The position numbers were made by a program, and so were the translations under genes. Positions 37,040-50,900 of a DNA stretch of 64,000 bases are shown piece by piece. The DNA lies in NCBI RefSeq assembly GCF_001194135.2, contig NC_068988.1, positions 43,696,891 to 43,760,890 of the forward strand, given 5' to 3'. The DNA is from Octopus bimaculoides (Eukaryota). Below the pieces are notes generated by a model. The model saw nothing but the letters and a program-made list of their open reading frames with translations, did no database searches and was not told the DNA's origin. Positions within the stretch are counted from its first letter, which is position 1; each line of letters opens with the position of its first letter.

Positions 37040-37400
37040 GTCATAAGTGGAGGGACAGCGCATATGACTTTTTCATTTCTTCCCAGGCCAACGAGATTGG
37101 TGCGGTTGATGTTCAGCTGAAACATTTATAGTTCAATGTTTGTAGAAGGACTATTGTTGGAAAAGAACTTCTAGAATTGCCCAAACTCACGAAGGAAAGA
37201 ATGAGTGTTGTGTTTATCGCGAAGTCTGAGATGTGTGGTACAGTAAAGTTGGCGGGAGTTGGAGAGGGTATGGCTGGATGGACAGAGTACACAGTTTGCT
37301 AATTCAGGAGGAAGTAAAGCCTTTTTAAAAAAAAGAATAGAAGAGAAAAGCCAAAATCTGCACGTCTGTTCATGGATGCAGGTTTTTGGGTATGTTAATC
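37040..37400 (-). mobile_element. CR1/L2/Jockey-group LINE 3' coding end, decayed
   Basis: Minus frame HPAIP...FTVPH...SFVSLGNS...SSFP...NYKMFQLNINRTNL resembles the HP..V.IP..RT..SF...LWNSLP..FP..YNL..FK.NINR..L terminus. Confidence 0.55.
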
Positions 37401-37514
37401 AATGTTAATTTAATGGCCTTGTGTGAGGAGTAGTCTAGAGTGACTGCGTTTGCAACATTCGCACCGTTCAGAAACGAACAGTACTTAAGCATGCATGTTA
37501 CACGATTTGACGTT

Positions 37515-37715
37515 GTTACTGCTGCTGTTGCTGTATAGCCTCATTTCCACTCTGACTGAGCAGAGCTATGAGGAAAAGTGGCTCACTATCATCATCTAGG
37601 TATTTTTCCACCACATATTACATTTAAGACTACATTATCCAATCTTCAGGCCTTTCAACATAGTAGGGTGTAATTAGAGAGCTAATTGGTTGCTATTTCT
37701 AACTAAATGCAACGC
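37515..37715 (-). mobile_element. Family E repeat 3' part with CAG/CAA tail
   Basis: Reverse complement tagaaatagcaacc...aattacaccctactatg...ctctgctcagtcag matches 1820-2045. Confidence 0.55.
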
Positions 37716-37740
37716 AGCATATCAGCTCTCATTATGTCTT

Positions 37741-38110
37741 AATTCTTCTTTTACTTGTTTCGGTCATTTTGACTGCAGCCATGCTGGAGCACCGCCTTTA
37801 GTCGAGCAAATCGACCTGAGGACTTATTCTTCGAAAGCCTAGTACTTATTCTAACGGTCTGTTTTGCCGAAACGCTAGCATACGGGGACGTAAACACACA
37901 AACATCGGTTATCAAGCGATGGTGGGGGACAAACACAGATAATATATATATATATATACGACGGGCTTCTTTCAGTTTCCACTCAGAAGGCTTTGGTCGG
38001 CCCGAGGCTATAGTAGAAGACATTTGCCCAAGGTGCCACATAGTGGGACTGAACCCAGCACTATGAGGTTGGGAAGCAAGTTTCTTACCACACAGCCACA
38101 CCTGCGCCTA
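37741..38110 (-). mobile_element. Family A SINE, near full length, with internal (TA)n
   Basis: Head taggcgcaggtgtggctgtgtggtaagaa...gggttcagtccc and tail ggcggtgctccagcatggctgcagtc. Confidence 0.9.
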
Positions 38111-38243
38111 CATAAAAACGTTTTTGTCGTTGTTTATCCTCAGGTTAGCTTTGATATATTAGAGAATTCATAAAAAACAACTTTGGTGCCGTATTTTTGT
38201 TAATATCTTTTTACTGATTTAGAGACAGACAGACAGACAGCTT

Positions 38244-38308
<65 letters not shown>

Positions 38309-39639
38309 GTAGATAGTATCTGAGATAATATTATTTAAACTGTCCTCCCCTTTTTGAAAATGGAAGTATATGATTTGATAAAGAAACTTGTTTGCTATCT
38401 CTTATTGGTTAAATGATCCCGGAGGGGCTTAACTCATTAACTTATCAGGAGATTTGGTAATTAGCTCTCTTATATAATTTTTTAAATCATTCAGTTATGT
38501 TATGGTGCTAAGTGGGAGTATTTCATCAATAAATACGGAAACCTGGCAAAAACAGGTGAATGTACAAATTTCGCACAGTTTTTAGTTTAGTATCTCTAGT
38601 TTCTAAGTTCAAATTACATTAGTGTACTTTTTCTTTTCTTTTCCGCTAATACTTGTAGAAAAGTATCAGAAATATACTACGGTCAATTCTACTTATATAC
38701 CCAATTTGGTATACTACTTCAGCAAAATATATCGTTATTTCCAGTCACCAAATAAATTAAACAGTTCTTGTCTTTGCTCTAGTATTTTGCTAATCTGTAT
38801 TTAAATCTTCCGTTCTCGCACTCATATTAAACTTTTCTTTATTCTTCCATCCATTCGTAGATTCGTTGATTTATTTATTTCTCAATTCCCTTATTCGTGT
38901 ATTCAATCTTTTTTTCATTCATTCACTCCGCGATTCCTTTAATCGTAAACTCACCCATTCCTTTATCCGTTTCTTTGTTCATCATTTCTTTTATTCGTTC
39001 CGTTGTTCAATCGTTCGTCCATTTATTCATTCATTCATTCATTCATTCATTCATACATTCCACCATTCTTTCAATCGTAATTTGTTCGCTCTTTCCTTCA
39101 TTTGTCCATTTGTTCGCATGAGATAAAGTTATTGTGTTTATTTTCATTAATTTCATAACGCTGTCATGCACGGAACGTAAAAATGAAAGAAAAAAAAAGC
39201 GAGGCAATATCTCCAGCAATACTGGTTTTGCTCCTATCGAGATCTGCTATCAAATAATGAAATAACTAAACAAACGGCAGGGGTGTTTGCATAAGAATCA
39301 GAGTATTCAATTCTATCTGGCAATATTTCTGAATAAAGACGATATCAGTTGTAATAAAACATCTCGTAACAATTTCAGATTGACGGTTAGAAAATCTATA
39401 TATTTATAATTGAATCGTGGCGATATTAATTCAGTAACATTTCTCTTGATCTACTGCTAATAGATCAATCGTGTTGAGATTAAACACTTTGATATAGATT
39501 TATTTATTTGTTTGACTCACACTGCTGACCATCTATATTATATCATAAGTTTATTTCAGTGGAATACAATTATTATATCCGACTTCGTTTTGCCAGTTTT
39601 ACAGTCGTACATCGAAAGGCTTCAAATCGTTTTCTAGAG

Positions 39640-39812
39640 CAGGGTTTTTCAAATTTTTTTGTACTCAGGGAACCCGTAGGCTGGAAGAAAATTATTTTAA
39701 CCTAAAAATGATATTTGGGAAAATATTATTATAGATGTGCTGCAAACGGGCAAATGAACTTTGTATTAGCATAATTCTGTTACCTTTCTTATATTAGTAC
39801 TTTGGAAAATCC
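39640..39812 (+). mobile_element. hAT/Charlie-like end
   Basis: CAGGGTTTTTCAAA preceded by TTCTAGAG, matching the Charlie NTCTAGAN target. The second end is degraded. Confidence 0.4.
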
Positions 39813-39854
39813 AACTTCACAACAAAGACATTAAGACATATATAATTCTGAATA

Positions 39855-40405
39855 TCGGTTTCAAATTTTGGTACAAAGCCAGCAATTTCGGTGGAGAAGG
39901 TAAGTCGATTATGTCGGCCGCATTGCTCAACTGGTACTTGTTTTATGGGCTTCGAAAGGATAGACGGCAAAATTAACTCTAGAGCATTAGAACTCAGGAT
40001 GTAAAGTCGGAAGAAATGCCGCTAAGCTTTTGTCCGGCACGGAAGCGATCTTGCCAACTCGCCGCCTTACTATAGTCCTAAATATTAAGACACACTCGAA
40101 GTCTTGATACTTGAAATGACAGATATTACCAGTAACCGTAAGTCAACTAGTATACTCAGTCTATTTTTAAATCTGCTTTTGGTATCTTCTTCTTTCCTAC
40201 TCAAGGCACAAGGCCCAAAATTTTTGAGGAGGGGGCCAGTCGCTTAGATCGATCCCAGCACGCAACTGATACTTAATTTATCGAACCCGAAAGGATAAAA
40301 GCCAAAGTCGACCTCGGCGGAATTTGAACTCAGAACGTAAAGACAGACGAAATACCGCTAAGCATTTCGCCCGGCGTGCTAACGTTTCTTCCAGCTCGCC
40401 GCCTT
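39855..40405 (-). mobile_element. Two family D SINEs (39855-40050 and 40200-40405)
   Basis: Reverse complements of the family D head and body; the second copy is well preserved. Confidence 0.85.
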
Positions 40406-40777
40406 CTGCCTTTGGTATCTTACGTAATATATGTTGTTGCATATCGCTTTAACACTTTTCAAGCTTCTGCACTTATAGTAGGTAGATGAAAAACTTAGGT
40501 ACAGTAGGCAAGATACTCTATTAACTATGCAATCCGAACATTCTCAGTTTCACTCGTCAAAATCCTGCTTGGAAGTAAAATCTGATGTAATGTGTATCCA
40601 CCTTAAATTTTCTTACCGTTTAATGAGTTTATAAATGGATTTGCAGCTTAAAATTGGTTTTCTGTTTCGGTTAGAAAATGGTCTGTTATATGATTTACAA
40701 ATAACAATTATGGCAGAATAGGACCTTTTATAATTTAACCAACGCCTCTAGTGTTACTGGTGCCATGCATTGCAATA

Positions 40778-40985
40778 GAGGTGCATGGCTTAGTGGTTAT
40801 GGTATTAGACACATGATCGTAAGTTTGTAGTTCCGATTTCTGGAGCGAGTGATGCGTTATGTTCTCGAGCAAAACACTTCATTTCAAATTTCACGTTGCT
40901 CCAGTTCACTCAACTGATAAAACACATTCCAGGGAGGAATATATATACATCGGAGAAACCGAGAATCCGGCCCTAGGCTCCTTAC
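40778..40985 (+). mobile_element. tRNA-derived SINE head and body (family B/C type)
   Basis: tggcttagtggtt...gcaaaacacttcatttc...cacgttgctccagttcactc matches the reverse complement of 62980-63110. Confidence 0.65.
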
Positions 40986-41924
40986 GGAGTTTAGACTAAC
41001 CACCATGTATTGCAACATTAACCGCATTGAAATGAACATATCAGAAAAATATGTCATTTTTCCTTCCCACGCATCCAATACTGAATTTCAGTTTCGCTGG
41101 AAATTCTGAAATAATCAAATTTCTTTACGTAATTCGAAAAATCACGCCAACACATACAGACTTCCTACATTTTCACATAATAAGCAGAATATCTTTGCAT
41201 GTAATGGATTTGACTGAATATAATTGATCATTTCTACAGCGTCATTTTCAACTAATTTCAAATCTTGAAGCATACGTTACACTGCTACCATAATGAAGAG
41301 AATAGTTGATACTTTCAAATTTCTATATATGTTGTTTGTTGTTTTTTTTCCTTCTTTTTTATTATTGCAAGAAAACCATAAATTTCCCTGCCGTATCTGC
41401 AGCTCCATCAGTGCAAATACTTGAACAAAATATTCACGAAATTAAATTTTTCCTGTAAATGAATTATATGAAATATTGCTTCTCTGAAACAAGACTCTCC
41501 AAAAAAATGGCAGATTAATATGTTGTCTTCAATACTATTCATAAATACAGCGTACAAACAGAAGCAACATCCATGGATTCATTCATACGAAGAGAAAATG
41601 TTGATCTCACTTTAACCTGTCTTATCAACGCAGTTACACAAAATTTTCACATTTCATGAACACACCATAAAACTGTTTTATTTGAAAGTGGCGATCTTTT
41701 TATCTATTTTCAATGTTTTTGAGATATTATCTCCAATACATTCCTATATACCTATACATAGTTGTTTTCTGAAATTTTGCCAACTTCACCTGCATTCGCT
41801 ATTCGATAATCAATGCAGTATAAGACCAAAAAGTAAATAAATAAATAAACAGAAAATGAAAAAGGCGAAAATTTAGCTTTCCTTTAATTCAGTTCCAAGC
41901 ACATTCTTTGATAATATTTCTTAC

Positions 41925-41997
41925 TCGATTTAAAAAAAAAATCCGAATACGTTATCACAACCAGTCCGAGTGAAACCATAAGCAATAAAAGTTTCAT
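41925..41997 (-). CDS. Candidate first coding exon encoding a signal peptide (unverified)
   Basis: acgATGA context, MKLLLLMVSLGLVVITYSDFFFKS, then an A|GTAAGA donor. No downstream exon identified. Confidence 0.2.
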
Positions 41998-42486
41998 CGT
42001 ACATTTATCTTGTTTTGATGTGGCCTTTGAAGATGAACTTACTGTTGACTCAAACTGAGCAACACTTCTTTCGTTCACATTGCTTGAGTTCTGCCTATTA
42101 ATACTTGACTTATTATTGATTTTTTAAAACAATTTATCAATTGGCGATGTACAGAGAGTGTAATTATAATTACCCAAAGCATTTATCTTCACTATGCATA
42201 CATCGAAAAAGTTACTAAACTATTTAACGCCAATACTGCGCACTATTTTTAATAACCAATTAACATTTATTATTGCTTAAATTGAAAGCGAGTGAAAATT
42301 ATCTTGCAGTATAAACTTGACTTGCCAAATTCTATCAGTTCAGTTGAATATATCTAAAATTAATATTCTTACATCAAAACTAATTATTATTCAAGCAGAA
42401 GTTACTGTGAAAATCCTATATAAATTTACATTAAGTTTGTGTATTTGTCCTTGGCAGTTTTACTGCGCAATTGCATTTGTTGACGC

Positions 42487-42539
<53 letters not shown>

Positions 42540-42947
42540 CTGTATAATGATTGATGTGGATGCATGTGGGTGTGGTAAGTGACTGACCGCTGGCTGAGTG
42601 TAAAACACTGAATATGATGGTGGTGGTGGTGGTGGTGTGAGTAGGGGAAAAAGAGAGAAACAGAAGTTACTGGGAAGAAAATGGCATACCTTATACCTGT
42701 GTATATGTATATATTTATGTGCCTCTGTATGTGTGCGTGCGTGTGTGTACGTTGATTGCGTTAACAGTGTGAAGTGTGTTTATCTGTTTGAATATTTTTG
42801 TGTTTTCATTGCTTTAACGGTAGTTTATGTATAATTATTGCGTTGTAAGAGCACTAAACTGTTTTCATTTGTTTATTCTTTTAAGATTAGTGATGAAGAT
42901 AAACGTAAAGACAATTTTAAAAAAAAACCGTTTCATTACAATTATCT

Positions 42948-43077
42948 ACAGGCGCAGACATGGTTGTGTCATTTAGAAGCACACTTTGCAATCACGTAGT
43001 TTCGGTTTCAATCCATCTATGAAGTACCAATGCCTTGTGAGTGAATTTGATAGGCGAAAACTGTGGAAGCCCGTCGC

Positions 43078-43137
<60 letters not shown>
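42948..43137 (+). mobile_element. Family A SINE 5' half, internally deleted, running into (TG)n and a gap
   Basis: aggcgcagacatggttgtg...gccttgtgagtgaattt...gaagcccgtcg. Confidence 0.65.
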
Positions 43138-43499
43138 NNNNNNNNNNNNNNNNNNNNNNNNNNNNNNNNNNNNNNNNNNNNNNNNNNNNNNNNNNNNNNN
43201 NNNNNNNNNNNNNNNNNNNNNNNNNNNNNNNNNNNNNNNNNNNNNAAAAAAAAAAAAAAAAAATACGTCGCTCAAACCACCGATACACCGTAGGCTCATT
43301 TCTCTACAATCGGTGATATCTAATGTGGGATCCATTTTATCAAACCCTTTCTAGAAAGTAGTCTTAACGTTTACAGTCACTGTTATTGCTGTGGATTCTG
43401 TTGTTTAGCCCTCGGTCTTAGACTCAAATAATGAAATCTAGAAGAAATCCCATAATTTTTCTTTCTTTCTTTTCAATCACTCTCCACCTATGACTACAA

Positions 43500-43851
43500 T
43501 GTGTTCAACACCATCATCATCGTCATCATCACCGATGAAACAAGTAGCAACACCACCACCACCATCACCACCACCACAATCACCAGCATCCTAATCAGCT
43601 GCATCATCATCATCACCATCATCACCATCATCATCCTCATCATCATCAGTAACCGACAGAGGGTTACCAGCGAAATTTTCTACTCTCTTGAAGGGACATT
43701 GTATAATCATAATCAAAGTCCGAAAAACTTTAGGCATGAAATATATATATATACANNNNNNNNNNNNNNNNNNNNNNNNNNNNNNNNNNNNNNNNNNNNN
43801 NNNNNNNNNNNNNNNNNNNNNNNNNNNNNNNNNNNNNNNNNNNNNNNNNNN

Positions 43852-43940
<89 letters not shown>

Positions 43941-44310
43941 TGTATATATAAGTGGTGTTTATCGTTGAAAAATTTGTTCATCTTTGGTCTGCTCTGTCAG
44001 GTCTGATTGGAGGCTAAGCAACAAGAACAACACCATCAAGACTGGCAAGATTCTTGCCACCACTACTGCCATTCTTATCACCACCACGACGACCACCACC
44101 ACCACCACCATCGTCTCAATCATCATCATCACGATCATTATTTTCATTCCCGTACTCACTATCTTCTTCCTCAGCCCCATTATCGTCATCATCATCATCA
44201 GCAGCAGCAGCAGCAGCATCTCCATCAACACAATCATCACAATCATCTTTCTCGTCCTCACCTTCCTCATCGCCAGCTCCATCGTCATCATCATTCGCAC
44301 CGTCATGAGC
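43500..44310. repeat. Two cryptic (CAT/CAC/CAG)n tracts (43500-43650 and 44030-44310) separated by dinucleotide repeats and a gap
   Basis: Direct reading; the Ile/Thr/His/Ser-rich ORFs occur in all frames. Confidence 0.85.
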
Positions 44311-45324
44311 GTAGACACTTAAATACTTAACATCCCGGAAATATGTGATTAAGTGTTAGCGAATATGACATCCCTTTATACCCGGTCTCACTCACGTATA
44401 CACATGGACACATAATCTCACACACACACGCTCGCATAGACAAATATTCGCAAACACGCACGCACATACTCACATACATGCCTCCATACGCATAAAAAAA
44501 TACAGAAGATAACCAAATAACAAAAAATAAACATACACACAGCACACATAAGAAGCAACAAAATTCAGACATTTTCTGTGTAATATCCTTTCAACAGTGT
44601 TCTACAACTTTTATCATTATTATTATTCTTTTTGTACCGAAGACCACCAACGTGGCCTCGTTACCAATGTTAAAGACCGCCCCCAATTCCTGAACTAACT
44701 CGACCTGTTCAAATATACTAATCAATGTTTTATTTTTGCTTTTTGTTTTGTTTTTTGTTTTTGTTTTTCTTTTTTTTTTACGAATTCCCTGCCGTTTTGA
44801 AAACGGAGACAATTGCAGATGTTTAGGTGTGTTTCTTGTAAGAATTATTTTTTATCTTCCCTTACCCTACGTAGCTGTCAGGAATAGATACAAGATTAAT
44901 CTGGGAATTTTCAGTCTTAGGCCAGAGACTGCAATTTTTCATTTATTTCTCAGTTATACATACCAAAATAATGAGAAAATGTTCAATCTCAGATAGTTAG
45001 TACCCATCAGTCAGTCAACCTAGCTGTTAAGAAAAAATTACCAGAACCAGTCGGGAATGTTCAACTTCATTCGGCAACTAGCTATCAAGAATATGTGCCA
45101 GAGAGATCTATCTAAAACTAAAGTCCAGCAGTCTAGATTCGTCTTGTCATGGTTAAACTGGATGACGGATTATGTCTAAAACGCATGGAAAGGATTGGTC
45201 GTTTATTTATAAAGCTACAATATTCTTCAAATAAATTTCACTAACGATTTGTGCGAACCGATGTTATAGTAGAGAGAGAGAGACAATGTAATGACTGATC
45301 TGCTATTACTATTCATCTTGTCCA

Positions 45325-45990
45325 GACGGCGAACTGGCAGAGTGTTAGCACGCCGGGAAAATTGCTTAGCGGTATGACATCCGTCTTTACGTTCTGAGTT
45401 CAAATTCCGCCAAGGTCGTCTTTGCCTTTTATCCTTTCGGGGGCCGGGTGAAATACGTACCAGTTGAGCCCTGGGGACGAAGTAATCGGCTTATTCCAAC
45501 CCTACCCTCGGAAATTACTAGCCTTGCGACAAAATTTAAAACTATTATTAATAAACGGCGAGCTGGCAGAATCGTTAGGACGCAGGGAAAATTGCTTAGC
45601 GGCATTTTTTCAGGTTTTATGTTCTGAGATCCAATAACGACGATGTTGACTTTGCCTTTCAACCTCTCAGAATCGATAAAATAACTATCAGTTGAGTATT
45701 CAGGTTGATGTAATTGCCCAGCGCCTCCTCGCAAAATTTTCAGGACTTGTGCTAATTGTAGAAAGGATTATGAAGAAGGCAGTGAGCTGGAACAATCATG
45801 AGAACGCCGGATAACATGCTTTGCAACGTTTCTTTCTGCTTCTAACGTTCTTAGTTCAAACGCCGCTGTGGTCGACTTTGCTCTTCATCTTTTCAGCGTC
45901 GATAAAATAGTACCATTTGAGCACTGGGATCGATGTAATCAACTAACGACTTTCCACAAATTTCAGGCTTTATGTTTATAGTAGAAAGAA
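45325..45990 (+). mobile_element. Three family D SINEs head-to-tail
   Basis: Heads near 45325, 45555 and 45777, each about 215 bp and separated by short ATT-rich tails. Confidence 0.9.
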
Positions 45991-47726
45991 TTATTATTAT
46001 TATTGTTGTAGTAGTTGTTATAAAGATCTTAGTAAGCATTGATTGACCAAGACATATGTAAGAAAGTATTTAAGCAGTGACTGTTGGGTCTTTTTTGTAA
46101 GCCATACTGTAATTCAGAATTACGTTGTCCAATATGTGTCGTTCCCTTTTTAAGACAGTAGGATGAGATTTGAATTAGATTTGTCTGCTATTTATAGCAC
46201 ATCAAGTGGCTATATACAGGCTCGCTGGATGTCTCAGTGGAGAGGAGATCACCGTAGATGTTTTGTTGTGTTTACAAGAAAGATAACTAAAACATCTGTG
46301 GTGGTCTCTGTATGGAAAAATGGGAGGGAAGTTGTTGAGGAAATACCCGAAGGTAAATTCAGATGAAGGAGTTTCCATATAGACACTTGACTTCTTCAGT
46401 AAATAAATGTTTATGTCAACAAACTCCCTGTAGCTCTTCGAATGAGAACCACATGATTTTGTTTTGTTTTATTTTTATAGTCTATTAGTCAGAGACGGAA
46501 GATAAGTACCCATGACCCTTTTCAGACTCTTTGAGGCTGACGGAAGAAAGTGGGGAAACTATTTTTAAAGCGGAAACCTAGCCCAAATACTTGCAAAAGA
46601 TAGGCCTTTCTAAAAGAGATCTAAGGACTGGCGGTGTCACTAAACCATTAATTGGATTAATTGAACCACCTAACAACAAAAGCAATCTTATCGATAGGCT
46701 TTCACTTATCATATTTTACTTTCACAATGATTTAATCCGTTCGAGACTAGAGTAGAAGAAACTTTTCTAAAGTGGCAGATACTGGGATCGATTTCAAAAC
46801 TACATAGTTGTCTCCATTTCCAATAAAGATACATAGTGTACGGCTAAACTATATGACTAATTTGTTTCTTTACTAGCTACCTTGAGCCGATTGTTGTGCA
46901 ACAATTTGTACTGGGATTCGTAAACTATGAAACTGAAGCAACTGATATCCAATCTCAGTATCAACAAATCAATTAATGTCAGCAGAAATAACGTTGAATG
47001 GAAGGAAACCGAAGTTCTGGTTTTAGTAAACTCCACAAAAGCCAATGGAGCATACCTCAACTTACGTCGTTTCGAGTTACGTCTTCTTCGATGTTACGTT
47101 GTTTTTTTAAAGAAATTAATGGAAAAAAATAAACCTCAATTTATTCGATTTTATGCCGGTCTCAGCAGCGTAAAGATATTTTTTTAAAAATGATATTTAA
47201 AAGCATAAAAATTTTAAACATTTCAATACTGAAGTGGAAAATCAAATACAAGACGTGAAAATATGTACGAACCATTTATTAAAACAGATACAAACTAATA
47301 ATTTTTTTATCAGGTTAACCCATAAGTTCTATCCGAATTTTGAATAAAGAAAACAAGTGATCAAATGTTATATTTAATTGAAATTTAATCATCAATGTAC
47401 TTTCCCTGATTATCTATGACTTCCTTCCATCTATTTACAAGCTTTTTAATCCTGTCTGTCGTTCTCGTGAGTTACTGCAGCAACGATGTTCATCTCGCTC
47501 CGATATTTATTGCGTTTCCTATATAAGTCTATGAAGAAGTTTTATCGCAGACATCTCCAAAGCTTCAGGCCTTCAAACAGTGTGTGTGCATTTAGTATGA
47601 TATACGCATGGATCTTTACCTGTCTGTCTGTCTATCTATCTATCAATCAACTTGTGTATGTGTGTGTGTGTGTGTGTATAATATATGTATGTTCATATGT
47701 ATACATACATGCATACACACATACAT

Positions 47727-48214
47727 GAACTATTGAGGAATCTATAGCTACTCTATCCAGATTACAAGTTCAGGTTTATACCTGTAACTATCGGGGTACT
47801 GGGATATGTAACACACTGCCTAAATACCAATCTTGAGAAATTAAGCTTCTCAAAACCAGAAAAGCCAAAGCTGATTTGAAGACTATAGATCCAAGCCATT
47901 AGTGGAACTGTAAAAATCTGTGAAACTTTCCAGAAGTTTATCATTTCAATAGACATGAGCGTCTACATATGCAACTATATGCATAAGAATACATGCATAA
48001 AACAAAACATACAGATCTGGACATATACATACACACATGCATGCATACATACATCCATACATACATACATACATACATACATACATACATACATACATAC
48101 ATACATACCCTGCTGATGTTGATGAAATTTCTGTGAAGGAGCTTTGGATCTAAGTTAAGAATTGACCCTTTCTCTATTAGCAAAAAATCTTGAAATATAA
48201 CCGAATAATGACAA
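47727..48214 (+). mobile_element. R4/Dong-like retrotransposon 3' end, (CATA)n family (copy C)
   Basis: ELLRNL*LLYPDYKFRFIPVTIGVLGYV...FSKPEKPKLI*RL*IQAISGTVKICETF plus a 3' UTR with internal (CATA)n. CATA-type repeat at both junctions. Confidence 0.9.
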
Positions 48215-48235
48215 ACATACATACATACATACATA

Positions 48236-48340
48236 CACTTTGTACATACATGCATACATACACTTTGTACATACATGNNNNNNNNNNCTTTGTACATACA
48301 TGCATACATACACTTTGTACATACATGCATACATACATGC
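48236..48340. repeat. 25-bp minisatellite derived from the (CATA)n tail
   Basis: cactttgtacatacatgcatacata at 48236 and 48261, continuing beyond the 10-N gap. Confidence 0.8.
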
Positions 48341-49299
48341 ACTTTGAACATACACACACATGCGAAAACATGCTGTCACTCTTTTCCGAAAGATTGGATT
48401 CTTTCATTTATAAAACTGACTTCCTTTTTGTATGTAAGAACTATTTTTTATTAGTTCATCCGTTAAATTAAAAATATTATCCTCAACGACCTTCATTTTG
48501 TCTTTTCGGTTTTTTCTCTTCCTTTTTAACTACCCTTTTATCACTGTTTTTCATTTTTATATTCTTGATTTATATATTTATTAGATAATCAAACATGTAT
48601 GTCGAGTGTTTGCTGTTTTTTATTACATGAATGTAACCACTTAAAAATATTATTCTTTTTAAGAGATGTCAAACTAACATAATCTTGAATCATCTGTACT
48701 ATAACATATGAAATGGAAGAAAATGTGGACTGAATTTTCATAAATTGCTATTTGTTTTAAAGAGAGGATTTTTTCTTCTTCAGTTTCATTAGAGGTGTCA
48801 TTTAATTATTATTTCCTTGTTAGGCATTTTTCTTAAATATACATTTCATATATTTTTATACATTTATTTCGCGTCAACTGGTTTAAACTGTATGCCCTTT
48901 TAATTAGAAATTGATTTATCAAAACCTAAAGAAGTTTGGATATACTAAGTTAGGATGTCAGGAAGTCTCTCTTTAGTAGAACCGCCATACCAAATGTAAT
49001 CTGTCAAAGTTGATGACATCAACATCTTCAAGAATACCGAGAATTTCTTGTAACAAATAATTAAAAATAAATAAATAAAACTGATGGGGGATTTACATAA
49101 GACGAAAATACTTCTTTTTCGCAGTTTTTTTTATTTTAATAATGGAATTGTAGCTTAGCAATATCTTCTTAATTTAAATCATAGTCTTATAGCTGACACA
49201 TCAATTACTGGGTTAGTAAGTGTACAAACCGAACGATCAGTGGTTCACATCAAATTCCATGCTCTTAATAGATACACTTAACTTTTTTTCCTTCTGCTA

Positions 49300-49500
49300 G
49301 AAGCACAAGGCCGGAATTTTGAGGAGAAGCAAATTACTGCATCGACCCATTTTAAAACTGATACTTATTTTATCGACCCCGAAAGGATGAAAGGCGAAGT
49401 CGACCTAAGTGGATTTTGTCCTCAAAACGTAAATAGCCGGAAGAAATTTCACTAAGCATGTTGCCCGGCATGATAGCCATTCAGCCAGCTCGCTACCATT
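49300..49500 (-). mobile_element. Family D SINE
   Basis: tttatcgaccccgaaaggatgaaaggcgaagtcgacc...gccagctcgc. Confidence 0.85.
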
Positions 49501-49973
49501 ATAGCCATAAATAAATACCATAGTATTGGTATATGTAACAACACGACAGTCATGCTACAGAGCTGGAGCGTGTAAAAGGAATCTATTGAAATGTGACATT
49601 TGCTACTCAAATATTCTAGATTTTATACTTTCTCATATCCGTGTGAGTAGATGAAATTCATTCAGCAGCACATAGCAATTTGTAGTAACAAAGCTGCAAC
49701 ATTAATTTTCTTTCCACTCACCCTCTCAATTACGCTGCTTTCATAACGGCTTCTCCCTGAAATAATACAGTTGCCTGCCACGTTTGAACCAATATCCACC
49801 CAGTTCTCCCAATTCATGTTCCCTACTACAACACATGTTCCCTAATACAACACATCCATCAAAATTTGAACGAAACATTTTGCCTGAGTTTTGCCTCTGG
49901 TAATCCCTCCCTACCGATAGTTTATTTTCTCTATAAAACACTTGCAGAATTCAAATTCAACATAAACCACATT

Positions 49974-50058
49974 GACATCGTATATCTGATACGACATCGT
50001 ATATCATATCAGCATGATATGATATGACATCGTATATCATATCAGTATGATATGATAT
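49974..50058. repeat. 33-bp tandem units, each a perfect hairpin
   Basis: atatcatatca-gca-tgatatgatat (50001-50025), repeated with a gta loop at 50034-50058. Confidence 0.85.
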
Positions 50059-50639
50059 CTGGTATGGAGATTGCCTCGATTCCTTGCTTAAATGGTTTCT
50101 AATACAGCTTTACAATCAGAAAGTTTTTTTTATGAGAGGGTAAGGTGGATTAAATCGATCGCAATACTCAGCTTATACTTTATTTTATCCACTCCAAAAG
50201 GAAAAAGTCAAACTCGACATTGGTGGTATTTTAACTTAGAAACGTAAGTCAAAACCGCAAAACTTTTTGCCCGTTCCTCAAACTGTTTTGAACTGTTCAC
50301 CTTTTCTTTAGACTACGTGTTTAAAAAGTAATCTATAAAACCACCACCAGTCACTTAACTGGAGCCCAATATTGAATTATCCAGAATATTTCAACAATTT
50401 TCTGTTTTATATATTGACCTGTTTTTAGAAGAAATTTTGTATGGTTTTGTGCAAAACTTTTTCTGTCTGAGCGATCAACGCTTGACTGTTTTGCTGAAGA
50501 TGCCATTTGTTCTCAGAAATTTAACTCTCCAATTTAGTTATACGGAGAAAAGACACAAGCCTTTTAATTACATGATAAGGAAAAATTCTTGCCGGATCTA
50601 ACATCGAATAGAAATTTCGAAATTATTTCAATTCATTGA

Positions 50640-50900
50640 TTATGTGACTACGCATCTTATTACGTTATAATTCCTCGGTTTCCAAGACGAATTGGCGACA
50701 AAGATTATATTATTATATCGGTATTTTAATTGCTATTGCATGCTTTCTAAACACAACCGCTCCCAGCTTGCGTCTCCTTCAAGTATGTGCAGAATCTTTG
50801 TGTTGTTTTGTAGTTTTCTGCTGTATTGATATATTATGTGCTATAGGTGCGGTATAGATGTGTATAAGTCATGCAGTCTTGTTTACATTTTGTTGCCGAA
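50640..50900 (-). mobile_element. Possible Penelope GIY-YIG C-terminal remnant
   Basis: Minus frame NNTKILHILEGDASWERLCLESMQ resembles N.KILH...G..L..LE..EI. Short and diverged. Confidence 0.3.

Noticed and set aside
43959-44330. Overlapping 80-120 aa ORFs on both strands
   Set aside because: Same trinucleotide repeat artefact.
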